NCBI GenBank assembly: GCA_015492915.1
Contig: WGED01000695.1
Location: 1 to 34,320 of the forward strand
From: Cyclobacteriaceae bacterium
GTDB taxonomy: Bacteria > Bacteroidota > Bacteroidia > Cytophagales > Cyclobacteriaceae
DNA length: 34,320 nt
Reading direction: 5' to 3'
Position 1 is the first letter of the stretch; the number at the start of each line of letters is the position of its first letter. A program made the translations under genes and the position numbers. The notes beneath the pieces are model-generated. The model did no database searches. It saw nothing but the letters and a program-made list of their open reading frames with translations, and had not been told where the DNA came from. Below, one piece after another: positions 25,271 through 32,733 of this stretch.

Positions 25271-28200
25271 ATGAGAAAACGGCTAAAAATATTGGTTTTT
25301 TTCATAGCGGGGTGGCCGTTGGTTTCACAGTCGCAGCCCTACGGTAATGAATGGATCAATTTTTCGCAGCAGTACTATAAGATCACCACGGCGGAAGATG
25401 GTATTTACAGGATCACATATGATGATCTTATTACTGCCGGGTTTCCCGTTTCTACCGTTGATCCCGGGAAAATTATGCTTTTTCACAGAGGGGAAGAACT
25501 GGCCATTTATATTGAAGGCCAGGACGACGCCCGCCTTGACCCACCGGATTATATTGAATTTTACGGCAGGCGAAACGATGGCGCCCTTGATGAGGAAATA
25601 TACATCAAACCTGAGGCCCAACCACATAAGTATTATAACATCTACTCGGACACCACGGCTTATTTCCTCACGTGGAGCCTGATAGAAAATGGCAAGCGAA
25701 TGTCTTATTTCAAAGAGGAAAATACCTCCGGCCTTCCCGCCGAGCCATATCATCTTGAAGAAAGATTGAATTTATATACTGATAATTATTCGATTGGATT
25801 GCACTATCCGATCGGTGTACCAAGCGCCGAGACCTATCTGACGGAATTTGATTACGGAGAGGGCTGGACAGGCACTGCTTTTCGCCAGGGACAATCGAGG
25901 GATGTGGCTATATCGGGGATCGATCAGGTTGTCACGTCCGGACCTAATCCTGTACTTGAGGTGCTGCTCGCGGGCAGAAATAATCTTGCACATGATGTTG
26001 TGGTCGAGGTAGGGCCCGATGCGGGAAGCCTTCGTCTGCTTAAAGAAATCAAATTCAATTATTATTATACTTTTCTGATGACCGATACCATCGAGTGGTC
26101 AGATATCTCAGGGGGAAATTTTATGGTCAGAGTGACGATCAAGGACAATGGTGTTGCGGATCGTGTGTCGATTTCATATGTAAAATTAAAGTTTGCTGCA
26201 GCATGGGATCAGGGCAATTTGCAGCAGAAGGTATACCGCCTTGCTCCGAATGGTTCAGGCAGATCTTATGTTGAGATTCAGAATGTGCCTTCCGGTGCGA
26301 TGATATACGATATTACCGATGAGAGAAATGTGATTAATATAGGGTACAATATCAATGGAGCTGCTATAGACGCCATGCTGCCCAATGACACGAAAGGGCG
26401 CAAACTGTTTCTCACCTCCCGCCGAATCCCCGTGCCGAAGATTCAACAAATTTCCATGCGGAATCTGCAACCCGCCGGTGTGGATTATGTCATCGTCACC
26501 CATAAGCTATTGAGGCAGCCATCAGCCAATTATGCCGATGTGCCCAGGGCGTATGCTGCTTACAGGGCTTCACCACAGGGAGGAGGGTACGACACGATGG
26601 TGGTAAATATGGATGATCTGTATAATATGTTCAGCTACGGAGAATATACCTCATTGGCTATGCACAGGTTTGCTCGCTTCCTGGCTGATAAGGGTGACCC
26701 GCAATACATTTTTATTATAGGGAAGGGGCTTAATCCCGCCTATAATTTTTTCCGACTCGATCAGGAGGCGCAACCGGCAAGAGATCTGATCCCGACAGGA
26801 GGTTATCCGGGTAATGACATAATTTACACAGCGGGTCTGAAAGGCTCAACCTATGAGCCCGGCATACCTATCGGAAGGGTGGCAGCTACTACTCCCCAGG
26901 TACTTGAGTCCTATTTTGAAAAAGTGAAAGAGATGGAGGCAGGCCCGTATAATGAGCTGTGGCGAAAGGAGTTGGTGCATGTAAGTGGGGGCCGGGATCC
27001 TTTCCAGCAACAGATATTCCGCACTTATGTAGACGGCATGAAGGCAGTGGTTGAAGGACCATTGTTGGGTGGCGATGTAGTTACCTTTAGCAAGACAGTA
27101 ACCGGCCCCACGCAACTGATCAATATTTCGGATGTGGTGAATGACGGTAAGATCCTGATCACCTTTTTCGGCCATTCTGGCACGCAATCTACCGATGTGG
27201 ACATCGGCAAGGTGAGCAACGACAGTTATGGCTACAGCAATAAAGGTAAATATCCCATGATGCTCGTCAACGGTTGTATCGCCGGGGATATGTTTAATAT
27301 GGGATTTGAAGGTTTTGGTGAGGACTGGATCAACACACCGGATAAAGGGGCAATAGGTTTTATCGCCCACACAGGATCAGGCCTCACGTCAAGATTAAAA
27401 ATGTACAGTGACTTATTTTATGAAGTGGCATTTACCGACTCCCTTTTTCTTGCGAAAGGGGTAGGAGAGATTGTTAAAGAAGTCGGGAAGAGGTATCTGG
27501 AAAAATATTCAGACAATGAAATAAATATCTCGCAAATTCAACAAATGGCCCTGCAGGGAGATCCGGCCGTGGCCCTGGTAAGGATGACAAAAACTGATTA
27601 TGAGATCAACCAGGACAATATTTTCGTGCAAGCGGTCGATGATCAGCCTATCAATGTTTTTACGCCGGTATTTAACCTTGGTCTCATAGTCCGCAATCTG
27701 GGCATCACCAATGAAGATTCGCTGAAAATAACCGTCGTTCGCAAGTTGAGCGGCGGTCAGGAATTAGCACTCGATACCCTTGTTTACGGGCCTGTTTATT
27801 ACAAAGATACATTGTATTTTCCCATCAAAAATGTCGGGCTGGACGGTTTCGGAAACAACCGGTTCACTGTATATCTCGATCCGCTCGGTGAGATCCATGA
27901 ATTTGATGACATGAATAATAGCGCCTTCTATGATTATTTTTTGTTGCTGGGGGGTACACGCAATGCATTTCCGGCTAATTATTCCGTCATAAATAAAAAT
28001 GAGATACGGCTTGTCGCCCAGTCGCTCAACCTGCTGGCAGATGACCGCACCTATTTATTTGAGATCGATACCACTGCCGGCTTTGATAGCCCCGTAAAAA
28101 GGCAAAATTCCATACAGGGAGCAGCTACTGCAAAATGGACCGTTAGTCTTTTTGACAACCTGCCGGTGCAGGACACGGTCGTCTTTTACTGGCGCACCAA

Positions 28201-30295
28201 ATTTTCTGATCCTCGCCCTGATGAACTCAATATCTGGATGACGACCTCATTTGTATATATTAAAAATTCTCCTCCCGGATGGGCAATGACTCATTTTGAG
28301 CAGTTCCAAGGCAATAAGCTGGATAACATTGTTTTGAATGACCAAAACAGGCAATGGGAATTTCAGAAATTTAATACTGATCTCTATGTGAGAACTTTCG
28401 GCGCCTCACACCCCAATTATAATTATGAAAATGTACAGTTGACCATCAACAATACGGAATACATCTTCCCGACACGTCTGTGCACAGATAATTCCGTTAA
28501 CATGGTTGCATTCGATAAAGTGACCACATTGCCATATCTCGTTTTAGGCAGGTCTTTTATCCTTGACAGACGCAGTTGCGGGCGTCAACCGCAGGTGATC
28601 AATAATATGCTGAAAAATGAAATTGAAGGGCAACTGAAAATCGAAGAATATATCGACAAAATGGGTGATGGTGATTATGTGCTGATGTTTTCTATCGGCA
28701 ATGTCACCTATCAGAGCTGGCCGGCGACCACTATTGCCAAACTGGAGGCTATTGGAGTGAGCGCCTCACAGTTGCAAAACCTTCAGAATGGAGAGCCGGT
28801 GATCATTCTCGGAAAGAAAGGGACAATTCCCGGATCAGCCACAGTTATCAAAGCAGATTATACAAGCCCGGATCCTGCCACGGAGCAGGAAATCACCATG
28901 GTAAAAACGATTACAGGCCAGGCTGTGTCAGGTACTGTTTCGAGTCCGAAAATCGGCCCTGCCGCCTCATGGAGTAAATTCTATCAACAAACGGGATCAC
29001 TTGAATCGCCAACGCTCGATCAGTACACATTCGATATTTACGGGGTTGATAAAAACAATAACGAGAGCTTGCTGTTTGGCAATGTACAACTTGGGCAGGT
29101 GGATCTCACGAGTGTGGATGCCACAACATATCCATTCATGAGATTACAACTGAATTTATCTGATGAACAGGACCTGACACCTGCGCAATTGAAGAAATGG
29201 ATTGTATTGTTTGATGGTTATCCTGATGGCGTACTAAGCTACAAGCCGGGACAGGAAATCGAAAACATAGAGAAAATGGAAGGAGAGGTTCATGAAGTTT
29301 CTTTCATTTTTGACAACATCGGGGAATTACCTTTCACTGATTCCATAGCTGTGGAGTATCGTTTATTCAATCACGACAGCCGAACCACTTTTGCCGATAC
29401 TTTCAACATAAAGCCTCTTGGCGGAAGAGAGATGACAGATTTTGCAGTGTACCTTGAAACCCTGAAAAGAACCGGCCTCAATGATCTTAAAGTGTTTGCC
29501 AATCCCTACCTGCAGCCGGAACATAATTATAACAATAATATCATACAACTGCCTGATTATCTCAATGTAATGGCAGACAACATCAACCCTATCCTGGAGG
29601 TGACGGTTGACGGCCAGTTTATCATGGATGGCGATATCGTTTCGCCCTCGCCGGTTATCACGCTACGGCTTAAGGATGAAAATGATGTCTTGTTCAAGGA
29701 AGATACGTTGGGCGTAAACCTGTATCTGAATAAGAAATGCGAAAATTGTGAGCCGGCAAGGATCAGTTTTTCATCACCCAATGTAACCTGGACGCCGGCG
29801 ACTAAGGACAATGACTTCATGGTTGAATTCAGACCGGACAAGCTGGAAGACGGCATTTACACTTTGCGTGCCGAAGCGTCGGATGCGAGTGGAAATCCGT
29901 CTGGCACTGAGCCCTATGCCGTAAGCTTTGAGGTGATCAATGAATCACAGATCACCAATTTCTTTCCCTATCCCAATCCGTTTTCAACACGGACGCAGTT
30001 TGTCTTCACCCTTACGGGAAGTGAGATACCGGATGAGATATACATTCAGATCATGACTGTGAACGGCACAGTGGTCAAAGAGATCACACAGGATGAAATC
30101 GGCCCGATTCATATCGGAAACAATAAGACAGAATATGCCTGGGATGGCCGCGATCAGTATGGCGACCAGCTTGCAAACGGGGTGTATTTGTATAAAGTAA
30201 AGGTGTACAAAGACGGCAAGGAGATGAAGATGCGGGCTACCAGCGCCGATCGTGCCTTTAAGCATGGCTATGGGAAATTATACCTTTTAAGGTGA
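25271..30295 (+). CDS. giant peptidase C25 (gingipain/PorU-type) protein with a T9SS C-terminal domain; PorU-like sortase candidate
   Basis: 1,674 aa from ATG 25271 (MRKRLKILVFFIAGWPLVSQSQ signal peptide). PorU-like N-terminus GNEWINF..YYKI..DGIYRITYDDL. Clan CD dyad: FFGHSG (His 27173-27175) and VNGCIAG (Cys 27275-27277). Two CARDB/Ig-like modules. CTD: YPNPFS...GVYLYKVKV...KLYLLR. Confidence 0.88.
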   Translation: MRKRLKILVFFIAGWPLVSQSQPYGNEWINFSQQYYKITTAEDGIYRITYDDLITAGFPVSTVDPGKIMLFHRGEELAIYIEGQDDARLDPPDYIEFYGRRNDGALDEEIYIKPEAQPHKYYNIYSDTTAYFLTWSLIENGKRMSYFKEENTSGLPAEPYHLEERLNLYTDNYSIGLHYPIGVPSAETYLTEFDYGEGWTGTAFRQGQSRDVAISGIDQVVTSGPNPVLEVLLAGRNNLAHDVVVEVGPDAGSLRLLKEIKFNYYYTFLMTDTIEWSDISGGNFMVRVTIKDNGVADRVSISYVKLKFAAAWDQGNLQQKVYRLAPNGSGRSYVEIQNVPSGAMIYDITDERNVINIGYNINGAAIDAMLPNDTKGRKLFLTSRRIPVPKIQQISMRNLQPAGVDYVIVTHKLLRQPSANYADVPRAYAAYRASPQGGGYDTMVVNMDDLYNMFSYGEYTSLAMHRFARFLADKGDPQYIFIIGKGLNPAYNFFRLDQEAQPARDLIPTGGYPGNDIIYTAGLKGSTYEPGIPIGRVAATTPQVLESYFEKVKEMEAGPYNELWRKELVHVSGGRDPFQQQIFRTYVDGMKAVVEGPLLGGDVVTFSKTVTGPTQLINISDVVNDGKILITFFGHSGTQSTDVDIGKVSNDSYGYSNKGKYPMMLVNGCIAGDMFNMGFEGFGEDWINTPDKGAIGFIAHTGSGLTSRLKMYSDLFYEVAFTDSLFLAKGVGEIVKEVGKRYLEKYSDNEINISQIQQMALQGDPAVALVRMTKTDYEINQDNIFVQAVDDQPINVFTPVFNLGLIVRNLGITNEDSLKITVVRKLSGGQELALDTLVYGPVYYKDTLYFPIKNVGLDGFGNNRFTVYLDPLGEIHEFDDMNNSAFYDYFLLLGGTRNAFPANYSVINKNEIRLVAQSLNLLADDRTYLFEIDTTAGFDSPVKRQNSIQGAATAKWTVSLFDNLPVQDTVVFYWRTKFSDPRPDELNIWMTTSFVYIKNSPPGWAMTHFEQFQGNKLDNIVLNDQNRQWEFQKFNTDLYVRTFGASHPNYNYENVQLTINNTEYIFPTRLCTDNSVNMVAFDKVTTLPYLVLGRSFILDRRSCGRQPQVINNMLKNEIEGQLKIEEYIDKMGDGDYVLMFSIGNVTYQSWPATTIAKLEAIGVSASQLQNLQNGEPVIILGKKGTIPGSATVIKADYTSPDPATEQEITMVKTITGQAVSGTVSSPKIGPAASWSKFYQQTGSLESPTLDQYTFDIYGVDKNNNESLLFGNVQLGQVDLTSVDATTYPFMRLQLNLSDEQDLTPAQLKKWIVLFDGYPDGVLSYKPGQEIENIEKMEGEVHEVSFIFDNIGELPFTDSIAVEYRLFNHDSRTTFADTFNIKPLGGREMTDFAVYLETLKRTGLNDLKVFANPYLQPEHNYNNNIIQLPDYLNVMADNINPILEVTVDGQFIMDGDIVSPSPVITLRLKDENDVLFKEDTLGVNLYLNKKCENCEPARISFSSPNVTWTPATKDNDFMVEFRPDKLEDGIYTLRAEASDASGNPSGTEPYAVSFEVINESQITNFFPYPNPFSTRTQFVFTLTGSEIPDEIYIQIMTVNGTVVKEITQDEIGPIHIGNNKTEYAWDGRDQYGDQLANGVYLYKVKVYKDGKEMKMRATSADRAFKHGYGKLYLLR

Positions 30296-30300
30296 TCTTT

Positions 30301-30561
30301 TTACAGCAGGTTGGCAGGTAGCCTGATCTGATCAGCGTAAAACTTCAGTCTCGTGGGGTTGCGCTCCAGTGGGATAATGCGCTCGATCCGGTCGTCCTTG
30401 TGATGATAAAAAACCTCCACGTAATAATTATTTAACAGATACAGGTTAACCTTATAGCTGTAATATCTGATGGCGACTACGAAAGAACCCTCTGTGTAAA
30501 GCGTCCTGATTTTATCTTTCAGGCTCATGGAAAAAAAGTCATTCTTTGAGATCATCGCCAT
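30301..30561 (-). CDS. hypothetical protein (86 aa)
   Basis: ATG ORF 11 nt downstream of the Dabb gene on the same strand. The composition is coding-like (Tyr-rich beta pattern). No family recognised. Confidence 0.6.
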   Translation of the reverse strand: MAMISKNDFFSMSLKDKIRTLYTEGSFVVAIRYYSYKVNLYLLNNYYVEVFYHHKDDRIERIIPLERNPTRLKFYADQIRLPANLL

Positions 30562-30572
30562 TGCAGGGGTCT

Positions 30573-30878
30573 TTAGTCAATTTCGAAATCCACCACTTTT
30601 CGTTCGGAAGCTATTTTGCCAATAAATCCGGCAGCTTCTCTGTGAACAGGATGTTCAACATATGCCTGCAGTGCTTCACCGTCCGTATGGGTTGTGATGA
30701 GCACGATATCGGCAGCAGCTTCTGAGGTATTGAAGTTCAACCCTACTTCCATCGAGGTGATAGCGGGGATAGCCTTTTGCAGCGCCAGCAGTTTATTTTT
30801 CATAATAGCCAAATTCTCATGCTTGCTGTGCCCTTCGGCATGGTCCTTCAGTTTCCACATTACTACATGTTTTATCAT
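30573..30878 (-). CDS. Dabb (stress-responsive alpha/beta-barrel) family protein
   Basis: 101 aa. MIKHVVMWKL...L..L...IP.I.S.EVG.N...........ITTH.D.EAL.AY..HP.H matches the Dabb pattern. Confidence 0.85.
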   Translation of the reverse strand: MIKHVVMWKLKDHAEGHSKHENLAIMKNKLLALQKAIPAITSMEVGLNFNTSEAAADIVLITTHTDGEALQAYVEHPVHREAAGFIGKIASERKVVDFEID

Positions 30879-31015
30879 AGCCCGAGATTCTTCTTTTGAT
30901 TATACGATTTTACTAATAAATAATTACTTTGAGAATTATGAAAGTTAAACTTTACGAATCATGAAAAATAGGTTAATTTTGGTTTTATCCTTATTGTCAT
31001 GAGAGTAAACAAAAG

Positions 31016-31065
31016 GCCATGGCAATTGTTTTATTGAAAAAATAGTCAAAAAACCATGGTTTTTT
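31016..31065. promoter_or_regulatory. two CCATGG-centred palindromes (GCCATGGC and AAAAAACCATGGTTTTTT) 37 bp apart
   Basis: An 8-bp palindrome at 31016-31023 and a perfect 18-bp palindrome at 31048-31065. Both lie in the divergent 244-nt intergenic region. Confidence 0.25.
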
Positions 31066-31122
31066 ATTAAGAATAAGAACTGCTGTTCTCGCTGATTTTT
31101 GAGTATTAAAAAGTTGATCTGA

Positions 31123-31650
31123 ATGAAAAACGCACTCATTTTTTTAATTCCTCTTTTTTTTATTGTTCATTCTGCACAAAGCCAGTTCCTCATTCCGGGC
31201 GAAGGTTTTATGGATGTGAAGCTGGGATATGACTGGGATGAAATAGAGTGGGAACTTGGATTCAGGGGTTTTAAGGTTGACAAGGCTGATATTGATTCTG
31301 CTTCGTTGGCTGTGGCGCAGAAAGCCGGGATAGATTTCGATTTTATGGTCAATTACCAATGCATTATGTGGGCGCCTGTCACCAAACTGTATCTCAAAGA
31401 CAACAAGGTGATCATGATGCAATTTAGCAGCTATCCGGAATACAATAAAATGTTATGCGCGGATATCGGGACCGAGGAAGGACTGAATTTCTGGGACAAC
31501 AGTGAGACAGTGAAAAAGATATATAACAATGCCGAGCGCTTTGATTATGGGGATAAGGCCTATTTTCTCATAAAAGAAAAGGGACTGGTGATCGAGCTCA
31601 CCAATGATGAAGTGCGTTCCATGTTTATTTTTAAGCCCGAAATGGAGTAA
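31123..31650 (+). CDS. secreted hypothetical protein (175 aa)
   Basis: Signal peptide MKNALIFLIPLFFIVHSAQSQ. The composition is coding-like. No family recognised. Confidence 0.7.
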   Translation: MKNALIFLIPLFFIVHSAQSQFLIPGEGFMDVKLGYDWDEIEWELGFRGFKVDKADIDSASLAVAQKAGIDFDFMVNYQCIMWAPVTKLYLKDNKVIMMQFSSYPEYNKMLCADIGTEEGLNFWDNSETVKKIYNNAERFDYGDKAYFLIKEKGLVIELTNDEVRSMFIFKPEME

Positions 31651-31733
31651 AAAATAATTTCTTTGATATATTTACCAACTTAAAGGAAGAATCACGACAA
31701 ATAAATAATTTATAATCAATAAAACATTAGGCT

Positions 31734-32636
31734 ATGTATTCAAGAAACTTCTATAAGCTAAGCGGTAAAATATTGCTGGCCATAGTCATAGGGTTAATGG
31801 TTGCCTGTGGATCTGACAAGAAAAAAAGCTCAGAATCTTCTAAAGAATTTGAGGAGGCACAATCACAACTGGGAGAAAAGGTACAAAAGGTAGTTGCAGA
31901 CATTCCACCGCCATCCGAAATACCCTATATCATTCAAAGTACAGGAGCGGATTTTAATCCCAATATTGTAAATGACTTTAGCAAATGGGAATCTTATACC
32001 ATCAATCCGCAGAAAGCCGCATTCAATCTCGGTGTATTTTCTACCGATATCGGCTACCTGAGCAGCTATGGCAAAACGCAGGAAGTGATGAATTATCTTG
32101 ATGTGTGCCTGAAGCTGACAGACGCCATCGGTGCGCATGATGCTGTTGATTTTAATGCGCTCGAGCGGTTTGAGAACAACCTGTCAAACCCCGACAGTCT
32201 TGCTAAAATCATCGACGAGCTCATTGCCAAGAGTGATACCTATCTGCAAAACACCGATCGCGACAACCTTGCTGCCATGGTCGTGGGTGGTTCCTTCATC
32301 GAGGCGCTGTATATTGCCACGCAGATCATTGATACCTATCCGAAGGATATTCTCCCCGACGATCAGAGGATGACAGTGTTGACTCCGCTTATCCAGATGC
32401 TGGTAAAACAAAAGGATTCGCTGAAAGATCTGATAGAACTGCTGAATTCAATAAAAGACAAGGATGAGTGGGTGGTGGCCACCATCAACAGTCTCCAGGA
32501 AATGTATGACAATTACACCAAATTTGACCCGATGGGTAAGATTCGCGAAGGCAAGGGCAATGAAGTATTAAACGATGCGGTATTGTCGAGACTTACGGTA
32601 CAGGTTGACTCCATCAGGTCAAATATCGTGTATTGA
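31734..32636 (+). CDS. predicted lipoprotein, all-alpha, function unknown (300 aa)
   Basis: Signal peptide with lipobox (LAIVIGLMVAC-GSDKKK). The remainder is helical-looking. It is followed by a strong terminator. Confidence 0.75.
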   Translation: MYSRNFYKLSGKILLAIVIGLMVACGSDKKKSSESSKEFEEAQSQLGEKVQKVVADIPPPSEIPYIIQSTGADFNPNIVNDFSKWESYTINPQKAAFNLGVFSTDIGYLSSYGKTQEVMNYLDVCLKLTDAIGAHDAVDFNALERFENNLSNPDSLAKIIDELIAKSDTYLQNTDRDNLAAMVVGGSFIEALYIATQIIDTYPKDILPDDQRMTVLTPLIQMLVKQKDSLKDLIELLNSIKDKDEWVVATINSLQEMYDNYTKFDPMGKIREGKGNEVLNDAVLSRLTVQVDSIRSNIVY

Positions 32637-32662
32637 AAAAGCACAAAAAATTCATAGAAAAA

Positions 32663-32695
32663 AGTATTGGAGATGATTCTTCAATACTTTTTTTA
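32663..32695 (+). terminator. intrinsic terminator
   Basis: AGTATTGGAG-atgatt-CTTCAATACT (10-bp stem with one G-U) followed by T7. Confidence 0.8.
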
Positions 32696-32733
32696 TTTTT
32701 ATAGCTGACTAATTTGCTGCATGATTACTAAAC

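Noticed and set aside
25325-27370. Minus-strand ORFs (142, 82, 174, 64 aa) inside the C25 peptidase gene
   Set aside because: They are shadow ORFs of a 5-kb coding region whose + frame carries coherent domain motifs throughout.
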